From Terriglobia bacterium (GTDB lineage Bacteria; Acidobacteriota; Terriglobia; Terriglobales; Acidobacteriaceae), in NCBI GenBank assembly GCA_020073015.1, contig JAIQFZ010000009.1, positions 73 to 64,072 on the forward strand: a DNA stretch of 64,000 nt, written 5' to 3'. Below the pieces are notes generated by a model. The model did no database searches. It had not been told where the DNA came from and saw only the letters and a program-made list of their open reading frames with translations. Positions 7,774 to 15,848 of the stretch are shown in pieces. Within the stretch, counting starts at the first letter, position 1, and the number at the start of each line of letters is the position of its first letter. Made by a program: the position numbers and the translations under genes.

Positions 7774-9666
7774 ATGCGAAGCATGGCAACAATCACGGCG
7801 AAAGCGAAACTCGCGGCAAAGATTGCCCCGATTGCCGCTCTGCTTCTTTTTGCGGCGCTTGCGCGGCCCGCCGCGAATCCCGCCCGTTCTGGTATCAGCG
7901 AGCGTTACCTGTCTCCCATTGAAATGGTGCTGTCTCCGGATGGGCGCCAGCTGTACGTCGTCTGCCAGGGCAGCAACGAACTGCGCGTGGTGGATCTGGA
8001 ATCGGGCAAGGTCGTGTCGACCGTGCCCCTCGGCCGCGCGCCCCGCGGACTCACGATGTCGCCGGACAGCGCGCAAATCTATGTGACGAACTCCACCGAC
8101 GATACGGTGTCGGTGATCGACGCCGCCACGATGAGAGTGACGCGCACACTCGCCACCGGATTCGAACCCGCCGGCGTTGTAGCCGACCGGGCGGGCGAGA
8201 CTCTCTACGTTGCCAACCGGCTCAGTGGCGACATTTCGGTCATCAATGTGAAGACCGGCCAGGAAATCAAACGCCTTCTCGCCGGTCGCGGCGCCAGCTA
8301 CCTGGCACTCTCGCCGGATGGCAAGTTCGTTTACGGCACGCACATTTATCCGAAGCTGGGAGCATTTCGGAAGCAGCCGAACTCAGAAATCACCGTCATC
8401 GATACCGCGAGCCAGACCGTGGTCGAACGCAAACGCTTGCACAACGTAGCGGGAGTCTTTCACGTGGCGTTTTCGGCCGACGGCAAGTTGGGAGTGACCA
8501 CACAGCTTCGTCCCAAGAACCTGATTCCGCTGGCGCATGTCGAACACGGGTGGGTGTTCGGCAATTCGCTCACGTTGTTCGGCGAGGACGTCGGCGGAAC
8601 GGTCCAGGTCCCGATCGATGAACTCGACCGCTATTACTCTCTGCCCTGGGGCGTCATCATCACGCCCGATAAGTCGAAGATGTTCGTAACCACCGCCGCA
8701 TCGGAGAGCGTAACGGTCATCGATGTTCCCAAGCTGCTCAACTATGTGCGGGCGCGCCGCGAACCCTTTGTCAACGATCTCTCGGCGTCCGCCAACTATG
8801 TGACGGCCAGAATTCCCGTCGGCCACAATCCGCGCGGCGTCCTGCTGTCGAAAGATGCCAAGCGTCTCTACGTGGCCAACCGGCTCGACGACAACATCGC
8901 GGTGATCGATACAGCCGCGAATCGGGTCGTTTCTACCATCGATCTTGGTGGTCCGAAGACGATCAATCCTCTGCGCCGTGGCGAGCGCATCTTCTTCACC
9001 GCTGATTACGCGTTCCAGGGCCACTTCGGGTGTTCGAATTGCCATCTGGATGCAACCATCGACGGCCTGGAATGGGACCTTGAGCCGGACGGCTTCGGCA
9101 AAGATATTGTCGATAATCGCTCGCTCGAAGCTCTTTCCGGTACCGAGCCCTTCAAGTGGAACGGCGGCAATCCCGACCTGCCTACCGAATGCGGCCCACG
9201 CGTGGAAAAGTATTTCTTCCGCTCGCAGAGTTACGGCGATCACGAACTCACCGACCTGGTGACGTTTGTCTACTCGCTGCCGTATCGGCCAAATCGTTAC
9301 CGGCTCCCGAATAGCGAACTGTCGCCCGCTCAGGAACGTGGCAAAGCGATCTTCGAGAGGACGACCTACAAGAATGGCAAGCCGATTCCTCAGGCCAACC
9401 AGTGTGGGTACTGCCACAGCGGCCCGAAGTTTACGAACCGGCAGCAACTCGACGTCGGCACCGGCAAACCGACAGACCGCTCGCCGCTGGTCGACGTGCC
9501 ACACCTTCCCAATGTCGCCTATTCCGCGCCCTACCTGCACGACGGATCGGCGCAGTCGCTCGAAGAAATCTGGACCGTCTACAACCCGAAAGACCAGCAT
9601 GGAGTGAGCAACGATCTGACCAAAGACGAATTGAACGATTTGATCGAGTACCTGAAAACGTTATGA
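7774..9666 (+). CDS. Secreted YVTN-type beta-propeller fused to a di-heme cytochrome c peroxidase/MauG-like domain
   Basis: Signal peptide KIAPIAALLLFAALARPAA. Propeller repeats are present (QLYVVCQGSNELRVVD, QIYVTNSTDDTVSVID, TLYVANRLSGDISVIN, RLYVANRLDDNIAVID). Two CXXCH motifs: CSNCH at 9031-9045 and CGYCH at 9403-9417. CCP-like motifs CGYCHSGPKFTN and VPHLPNVAYSAPYLHDGS are also present. Confidence 0.8.
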   Translation: MRSMATITAKAKLAAKIAPIAALLLFAALARPAANPARSGISERYLSPIEMVLSPDGRQLYVVCQGSNELRVVDLESGKVVSTVPLGRAPRGLTMSPDSAQIYVTNSTDDTVSVIDAATMRVTRTLATGFEPAGVVADRAGETLYVANRLSGDISVINVKTGQEIKRLLAGRGASYLALSPDGKFVYGTHIYPKLGAFRKQPNSEITVIDTASQTVVERKRLHNVAGVFHVAFSADGKLGVTTQLRPKNLIPLAHVEHGWVFGNSLTLFGEDVGGTVQVPIDELDRYYSLPWGVIITPDKSKMFVTTAASESVTVIDVPKLLNYVRARREPFVNDLSASANYVTARIPVGHNPRGVLLSKDAKRLYVANRLDDNIAVIDTAANRVVSTIDLGGPKTINPLRRGERIFFTADYAFQGHFGCSNCHLDATIDGLEWDLEPDGFGKDIVDNRSLEALSGTEPFKWNGGNPDLPTECGPRVEKYFFRSQSYGDHELTDLVTFVYSLPYRPNRYRLPNSELSPAQERGKAIFERTTYKNGKPIPQANQCGYCHSGPKFTNRQQLDVGTGKPTDRSPLVDVPHLPNVAYSAPYLHDGSAQSLEEIWTVYNPKDQHGVSNDLTKDELNDLIEYLKTL

Positions 9667-10796
9667 AGCTGAAAATCTCGATTTCCGCGCTCGCTGTGTT
9701 GCTCGCGATTCCGCTGAGTAGCGCGGCCCAGGACATGCCGCGCTTCCGGTGGGAGAACTTCACCACCGCCAACGGCCTGCCCGACAATCACGTGTTTTGC
9801 GTTCTCGTCGATGGCAACCGCGTTTGGGCCGGCACTGAGAACGGTCTCGGCCTGTACGAGAACGGAACGTGGAAAATATTCCGCCCGGCCACCCGTGACG
9901 ATCAGCAGGGGTTGACGCATCAGGCTGTGCTTTCCCTTGCAGTGGATAAGCGCACCGGCGATGTGTGGGCGGGCACCATGGGAGGACTGAACCGCATCTC
10001 CGCGGGACGCATTGATAACTTCACCCAACTCAACTCCGGTCTAAGCAACGACATCGTGTACGGAGTCGGAGTGCAGGGAGATTTTGTTTGGACCGCCACC
10101 GCCGCTGGCGCCAGCCGCTTGGATACCCGCACAGGCCAGTGGGCGCTGTTCAACGAGCGCAATACGCCTATGTTTGAGATTTGGACCTACGCAGTGAGTC
10201 CGGCAGCGGACAAAGTTTATTACGCGGTGTGGGGCGGGGGCGTGCTCGAATACGATGTCGCCACCGAACGCTGGAAAGACTACAACGACCCCGACGGCGA
10301 AACCGAGATGGTGCTGATGAAGGATCAGGGTCTGATCCACGAGATCACCACCTCGGTCAGCTACGTGGACAAGATTCTCTGGGTCGCCACGTACTTCGGC
10401 GCCAGCCGCTACGATGGCCGTTACTGGCACAACTTCCTGCAGAAGGACAGCGGCCTGCCCAGCAACTTCCTGAATCAGATCAAGGGCGTCGATGGCAACC
10501 GCGCCTGGTTCTCCACCGACAAGGGGTTGGCCTACTTCGACGGCACAAACTGGGCCGTCTACCGGCCTGCGCTCGATACCCATAAGCCCGAAATGCTGGT
10601 ACGCGATGCGGAAGGCAAGGTGACTGCCATCCCGGTGGATAGCGCTCCCGCGCACAACTACATTCTCGGTGTCGACTTTCAGGGCGATGACCTCTGGGTC
10701 GCGACCGCCAAGGGATTGAGCCACGGAATTCGACAGCGTGGTTCGAACGAAACAGCAAAGGTGTCACAGGAACAAAAAGCAATCGGGAACAAGTAG
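9663..10796 (+). CDS. Secreted Reg_prop (two-component-regulator propeller) repeat protein
   Basis: ATG 9663 overlaps the upstream stop (ATGA). The signal peptide is MKLKISISALAVLLAIPLSSAAQ. Repeats of the NGLPDNHVFCVLVDGNRVWAGTENGL / DVWAGTMGGL / FVWTATAAGASRLD type are present. The longer ORF from 9402 is an out-of-frame overlap with the previous gene. Confidence 0.75.
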   Translation: MKLKISISALAVLLAIPLSSAAQDMPRFRWENFTTANGLPDNHVFCVLVDGNRVWAGTENGLGLYENGTWKIFRPATRDDQQGLTHQAVLSLAVDKRTGDVWAGTMGGLNRISAGRIDNFTQLNSGLSNDIVYGVGVQGDFVWTATAAGASRLDTRTGQWALFNERNTPMFEIWTYAVSPAADKVYYAVWGGGVLEYDVATERWKDYNDPDGETEMVLMKDQGLIHEITTSVSYVDKILWVATYFGASRYDGRYWHNFLQKDSGLPSNFLNQIKGVDGNRAWFSTDKGLAYFDGTNWAVYRPALDTHKPEMLVRDAEGKVTAIPVDSAPAHNYILGVDFQGDDLWVATAKGLSHGIRQRGSNETAKVSQEQKAIGNK

Positions 10797-10814
10797 AGAC
10801 CTAAGGAGCCATTT

Positions 10815-11297
10815 ATGAATGTTGCGGACTTGCTCGCAGAAGTGACCACGGGGCCAGTTGTGAAGCGGGCCATTACCAACCACAGCGTATTGAACGAAGC
10901 TTACGCTTACGGCAGCGCTTTCTCCCGCGGCATGCGCATCGATCTGAAAGGAGTCACCATCCTGCTGATCTCGGGCACCGCCAGCATCGACGAACAGGGC
11001 AACACTGTTCACGTCGGCGATCTTCGCGCTCAACTCCGCCGCACCTTCGACAACATCACGGGACTGCTCGCTTCCGAGGGTGCGACCTGGCACGATATTG
11101 TTCGCACCACCTGCTACCTTCGCGACATCGAGCGCGATTACAAGGAATTCAATGAAGAACGCGCGGCGTTCTACAAAGAGCAGGGACTCGATCCGCTCCC
11201 GGCTTCAACTGGCATCCAGGCCATCCTCTGCCGGCCGGATCTGCTGGTCGAGATTGAAGCGATCGCCATGTTCCGTCGCGAAACGCCCGCGGAGTAG
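10815..11297 (+). CDS. RidA/YjgF/L-PSP family (Rid) protein
   Basis: 160-aa ORF. Contains LLISGTASIDEQGNTV, TTCYLRDI and VEIEAIA motifs characteristic of the YjgF/RidA fold. Confidence 0.75.
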   Translation: MNVADLLAEVTTGPVVKRAITNHSVLNEAYAYGSAFSRGMRIDLKGVTILLISGTASIDEQGNTVHVGDLRAQLRRTFDNITGLLASEGATWHDIVRTTCYLRDIERDYKEFNEERAAFYKEQGLDPLPASTGIQAILCRPDLLVEIEAIAMFRRETPAE

Positions 11298-11301
11298 AAC
11301 C

Positions 11302-13227
11302 ATGCCCAGCATCCCGCGCCGCTTGCTTGTATCGACGATCGTTGCCGTGCTCGTGTCCACGGCGCTGGCCCAGACGCCTGCGCCCTGCGCCTGCGGCACC
11401 AATCCTCCAGGTCCGCCGCCGGCCCGCTCGCTGAAACCGTACACCGGTGCGCCCGAGGACCTGCGTCCGTTTTCAAAGTTCACCACTCCGTACTACGAGC
11501 ACTATCAGGACCTGATCGAATACAACGGCGCCGCGCGCGACATTCCAGACCCGGACCTCAAGGATCTCAATGAGATTCGTATTGGCTTTCTGGCCCCGCT
11601 CTACGACCACCCCGACCAGGTACTCGGGAATCGCATGCTGAATGGCGCAAAGCTGGCGATGGAAGAGGCCAATGCCGCCGGCGGTTACTGCGGTAAGCCT
11701 TTCCGCCTCGTGACTCACAACGACTATGACAACTGGCAGAACAGCAGCGCTGCCGTTGCGGGCGTTTCAAAGGATTCCGCCATCTGGGGCGCTGCCTCGA
11801 ACGACGCTGTCAGGATGATCTACGACGACAAGGTTTGGGCCATGTTCGGCTCCATTAGCTCCGAATCCACCCACATCGCCCTTCGCCTCACGCTGAAAGC
11901 CGAAACGCCCCTCGTGAATAGCGCCTCCACCGATCCCACCATCCCTGAGACCCTCATTCCCTGGTACTTCACCGACCTTCAGGATGATCGTGTACAGGGC
12001 TACACGCTCGCAAGGCACATCTATACGGAACTCGGCCTGAAGCGAGTGGCCCTGCTGCGCGTGAACGACCGATATGGCCGTTTTGGCGTCTTAAAGTTTC
12101 GCGATGCCTCGCGCCGCCTCGGTCACCCGGTTGTGATCGAGCAGAAGTTCATGCGGGGCGACACGGACTTTCGCCGCCAGCTCCAGGTCATACAGGACTC
12201 GCGCGTCGATGCGATCGTGCTTTGGACCGACATCGGCCCCGCCGCGGCCATCCTGCAGCAGATGCAGGAACTCGGGATGAAGCAGCGCGTGTTCGGTAGC
12301 CACCGCACCATCGGCGATGAACTCATCAAGCTCGCCGGACCCGCTGCCGAAGGCTTCGAAGCCGTGTTCCCCTACGATCCCACGCGCTCTGACGCGCGCT
12401 GGCTCGACTTCAACGCCCGCTACCAGGCGCGCTTCCACGAGAAGCCCGATCACTTCGCCTCGCTTGCCTACGATGCGATGCAAATTCTGCTCAATGCGAT
12501 TTGCCGCGCCGGTCTGAATCGCGGCCGCATCCGCGACGCGCTCACCGGCGTCACCAGCTACAAGGGTGTAACCGGCGACATGGTGTTCGACCCGAACTGC
12601 AAGAACATCGCGCCGCTGTACCTTGCGAAGGTGCATCACGGGAACATCGAGTATCGCCGCATTACCATGGAAAAAAGCACCAGCGGGACCCCCTACGCGC
12701 GTGTGGGCGAGGATGGAGTTCAGTACGCCGGACCGTCGCTGCCCGATCAGAAAAGCGGCGAGATTCCCATCGGTATTTTCGGACCCCACGCGGACGAGAT
12801 CGTGCGTTCGGTCGAAGTCATGCGTTTGATTACTGAAATGAGGGGCAAGGGCCAGCCCATTGCACTGATCCCGATTGCCTCCCAACTTTCCTGGGGCAGG
12901 GCGTCGAACGAACTCATCAAAGCGGTTTATCAGGACCACGCCCTGGCGCTAATCGCACTGGACCGCGCATCGAGCCACCTCGCGGAACAAATCGCGGTGA
13001 AATCGTTCCTGCCCGTGATGGCAATCTCTTCCGACCGAGCGCTCACGTCGACCAATATTCCCTGGATCTTCCGGCTTCCGGCAAACACTCCACTCGATCA
13101 GGTGCTGCGCTGCCTTGGCAATTCCATTGAACGCGCGGGACCCAACCGGGAGAGGGTCCGCGATCTTTTAGCGTCGGGTCAAGCCGTAGCGGGCTTGAGT
13201 TTTACATCGACCGGCGAACTTCGCTGA
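11302..13227 (+). CDS. Periplasmic amino-acid (LivK-type, PBP1) substrate-binding protein with an extra C-terminal partial PBP1-like module
   Basis: ATG 11302 gives MPSIPRRLLVSTIVAVLVSTALAQ (signal peptide). IRIGFLAPLY...GNRMLNGAKLAMEEANAAGGYCGKPFRLVTHND is typical of branched-chain amino-acid binding proteins. About 190 extra residues follow position ~12660. The ORF-track start at 11080 overlaps the rid gene. Confidence 0.75.
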   Translation: MPSIPRRLLVSTIVAVLVSTALAQTPAPCACGTNPPGPPPARSLKPYTGAPEDLRPFSKFTTPYYEHYQDLIEYNGAARDIPDPDLKDLNEIRIGFLAPLYDHPDQVLGNRMLNGAKLAMEEANAAGGYCGKPFRLVTHNDYDNWQNSSAAVAGVSKDSAIWGAASNDAVRMIYDDKVWAMFGSISSESTHIALRLTLKAETPLVNSASTDPTIPETLIPWYFTDLQDDRVQGYTLARHIYTELGLKRVALLRVNDRYGRFGVLKFRDASRRLGHPVVIEQKFMRGDTDFRRQLQVIQDSRVDAIVLWTDIGPAAAILQQMQELGMKQRVFGSHRTIGDELIKLAGPAAEGFEAVFPYDPTRSDARWLDFNARYQARFHEKPDHFASLAYDAMQILLNAICRAGLNRGRIRDALTGVTSYKGVTGDMVFDPNCKNIAPLYLAKVHHGNIEYRRITMEKSTSGTPYARVGEDGVQYAGPSLPDQKSGEIPIGIFGPHADEIVRSVEVMRLITEMRGKGQPIALIPIASQLSWGRASNELIKAVYQDHALALIALDRASSHLAEQIAVKSFLPVMAISSDRALTSTNIPWIFRLPANTPLDQVLRCLGNSIERAGPNRERVRDLLASGQAVAGLSFTSTGELR

Positions 13228-13373
13228 ACCAGTTCCAGGGCTTGAGAGAGCCAACTCCCGACTCTGCCGAGGCCGACGATAGTTTCCCGCTACTTCCGTC
13301 GTAAAATCACTTGGTTCGTTTTCCTCGCCGCCCACACCGGTGAGAAAATACGAAGCCATCGGACACAAATCCT

Positions 13374-14357
13374 GTGACCCCAAACCTCGGCAAAGAACTC
13401 CTTTACCTCTCTCAAGCCGACGTCGCCGCCTGCGGCCTGACCATGCTCGAGATCATCGCGGCCCTCGAATCCATGTTTCGCGAAAAAGGCGAAGGCCGCG
13501 TCGAGATGCCCCCGAAAATCGGCGTCCACACTATGCCCGACGCCTTCCTCCATGCCATGCCCGCGTCCATTCCGGCTCAAAGAGCTGTCGGAGTGAAATG
13601 GGTGGGCGGTTATCCCTCCAACGACGAGCGCGGCCTGCCTTACATCACGGGTTTGCTCATCCTCAACGACCCGGAAACCGGCGTCCCCATCGCGCTCATG
13701 GATGGCACTTGGATCACCGCGCAGCGCACGGGTGCGGCCACCGCGGTGGCCGCCAAGTACCTGGCGCGTCCCGACTCAACCACCGTCGGCATACTAGGCT
13801 GCGGCGTGCAGGGCCACAGCAATCTCGAGGCCCTGAAGACGGTGTTCCCGTTGAAAAAAGTGTTTGCCTACGATACGCACTGCGACCGGGCCGCCCGCTA
13901 CGCACAGGAAATGAGCAAGCAACTCGAAATCGAAGTTATCCCCGTCGCCGATCCCAAACAGGCAGTCGTCCAGAGCGACATGGTCGTTACGGCCGGCCCC
14001 ATTCTGCGCCAGCCCCACGCCACCATCCAGCCCGGATGGCTTGCCCAAGGCGCCTTCGCCTCGCTTGTCGACTTCGATTCCTACTGGCACCCGGACGCTC
14101 TTCACGAGGCCAGTAAGTTCACAACCGACGATGTACCCCAACTCCACCACTACCGCGACATTGGCTACTTCCAGAACATCCCGCCCATCCACGCCGACCT
14201 CGGAGAACTCGTCACCGCCCGCAAGCCCGGCCGCCAATCTCCCGACGAACGCACCATCGCCTGCAACCTCGGCCTCGCCCTCGACGATATCGCCGTCGCG
14301 CCCCTGATCTACGCGCGCGCTCTGGAGATGCGCATTGGGACTTGGCTACCCCTCTGA
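13374..14357 (+). CDS. Ornithine cyclodeaminase / mu-crystallin family protein
   Basis: 327-aa ORF with a GTG start. Contains GVKWVGGYPSN, WITAQRTGAATAVAAKYLAR and a Rossmann GILGCGVQG motif, typical of the OCD/ketimine reductase family. Confidence 0.8.
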   Translation: MTPNLGKELLYLSQADVAACGLTMLEIIAALESMFREKGEGRVEMPPKIGVHTMPDAFLHAMPASIPAQRAVGVKWVGGYPSNDERGLPYITGLLILNDPETGVPIALMDGTWITAQRTGAATAVAAKYLARPDSTTVGILGCGVQGHSNLEALKTVFPLKKVFAYDTHCDRAARYAQEMSKQLEIEVIPVADPKQAVVQSDMVVTAGPILRQPHATIQPGWLAQGAFASLVDFDSYWHPDALHEASKFTTDDVPQLHHYRDIGYFQNIPPIHADLGELVTARKPGRQSPDERTIACNLGLALDDIAVAPLIYARALEMRIGTWLPL

Positions 14358-14383
14358 CGACCGAAGTGCTATGACGCTGGCTC

Positions 14384-14773
14384 TCAATCGTGGGCTGGCA
14401 TCGCGGCGAGCCATGAGCAAGTGGCTTTGATCAGGCCTTGCGGATCGGGCTCGACAAATTGGAAGCCATAGCGAAAAGCGGTCTTGTACTTCACCAGGGC
14501 ACGAATGGCGACCGGGCCATCCGGAAGGTCGACCTCCAGCTGGACCACCTCGCCGACGGAAAGCGTCAGTTTCAGTATGGCGGAGATCCCCGCCTCGCTA
14601 ATGTCCGCGGTGTATCCTTTCAGCAAACCCACACTGCGAGAATAGACACGGATATCCGTCTCCAGCTTGAAGCGTCGATGGTGGCGTGCTTCGGCACCCA
14701 CGCTAGACTGTTGCGTTCCCGGCTGACCCTGGGCTTCCAACTCCTTGCTCCCTCCGGTTGGGCAAATCCACAA
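14384..14773 (-). CDS. PilZ domain protein (putative c-di-GMP receptor)
   Basis: RHHRRFKLE matches the RxxxR motif and GYTADISEAGIS matches the D-x-S-x-x-G motif. The listed start is TTG at 14773. An internal TTG or GTG after the GGAGGGAGCAAGGAG stretch is also possible. Confidence 0.7.
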   Translation of the reverse strand: MWICPTGGSKELEAQGQPGTQQSSVGAEARHHRRFKLETDIRVYSRSVGLLKGYTADISEAGISAILKLTLSVGEVVQLEVDLPDGPVAIRALVKYKTAFRYGFQFVEPDPQGLIKATCSWLAAMPAHD

Positions 14774-14951
14774 TGATTAATCGGCACAAACCCGGTGGAA
14801 CTCTAGTCGGACGCAATGCCTAGTGTCACTACCGACCGGGGGCGAGAACATAGGGTCATCGGCTCGGGTGGCTTCACCGGGGAGCAGGAGCGAGCTTGGC
14901 AGAGCGCCAACAGTAAGACTGGGAGTGCGGCTTTCATGCGTCCTCCGTCGA

Positions 14952-15665
14952 TCAGCGGGACGGGTTGCCCTTCTGGCCGAAACGGAACGTGACACCGCAA
15001 GAAAAGCGGTAATTGTTCTGCCAGCCCTTCAGAATGGGGAGCTGGCCCTGGGCGGGCGAGAAGTCCACGTTGTCCCGGCTCAGGTTGCTGTGGATCCAAT
15101 CAAACTGCACCAGGCGGACGGAGATCATCGGGTGGGCATGCCAGTCCAAGCCCCCGCCCACTCCGCTGGCGAATCCCGTCTCTCTGGCGAGGTCGAAGTG
15201 GTCTTGGTAGCAATAAACCGGGTATCCGCTACAGATCCAGTCGCCGTTAGGTACGGCATAGTGCCGGAAAGCCACCCCCACGAGTCCGTGCACAAACGGC
15301 GTCGCCTTCGCGCTGTTGCGGATGGTTAATTCTGGTCCGAACAGGAGTTGGTAATCGTTCGCTTTCGCTTGCTTCCCGTTTGTCCAAAAGATGTCTGTCT
15401 GGTGGCTCTGCGCGCCGAAGTCCGCCACCAGTCGCAAATTTCGGGCCACGTTGTACCCGAAACTCAACTGTGCACCGGGCGAGTTGTGCCGGTCCGTTCC
15501 GTACTCATTGTTGAGCACGGTAAAGCCAAAATAGCCTTCGGTGACTGGATATTGCTGCGCCTGAGCCTTGGGCACGCAGAGGAACAAAGCAAACAACAAC
15601 ACTCCCAGCACGAAAAGGAGTAGGAGCTTGAACCGACAAGGAAGAAGGTGGTAGGCAGCGGCCAT
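14952..15665 (-). CDS. Small outer-membrane beta-barrel protein (OmpA-barrel/OmpW-like class)
   Basis: Signal peptide ending KAQAQQ. Alternating amphipathic strands are present, and the C-terminal ...YRFSCGVTFRFG is typical of OMP barrels. Confidence 0.65.
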   Translation of the reverse strand: MAAAYHLLPCRFKLLLLFVLGVLLFALFLCVPKAQAQQYPVTEGYFGFTVLNNEYGTDRHNSPGAQLSFGYNVARNLRLVADFGAQSHQTDIFWTNGKQAKANDYQLLFGPELTIRNSAKATPFVHGLVGVAFRHYAVPNGDWICSGYPVYCYQDHFDLARETGFASGVGGGLDWHAHPMISVRLVQFDWIHSNLSRDNVDFSPAQGQLPILKGWQNNYRFSCGVTFRFGQKGNPSR

Positions 15666-15848
15666 AGCTCACCTCACGGGGGCGGCGGTCAGGCGATCCG
15701 GCGAACAATCTGCCAGTTTCCATGCTATCGCGCAGCTCGCCCCAAGCGTCAAGGAAGCAGGTCACACGATTCTGTGAGCTTTTGGGTTGGAGGTTGAGTC
15801 ACAATTCCCAAACGGACGAGCGGCTTCAGCAATCACTTCTGTTTTCCC

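Noticed and set aside
4551-9666. Interpretation of the HZS-like gene pair as evidence for anaerobic ammonium oxidation
   Set aside because: The window contains no hydrazine dehydrogenase/HAO-like octaheme gene, no nitrite reductase and no anammox-associated genes. Gene 1 has one CXXCH where HzsA has two. The context is that of an ordinary heterotroph. Only the domain logic is shared.
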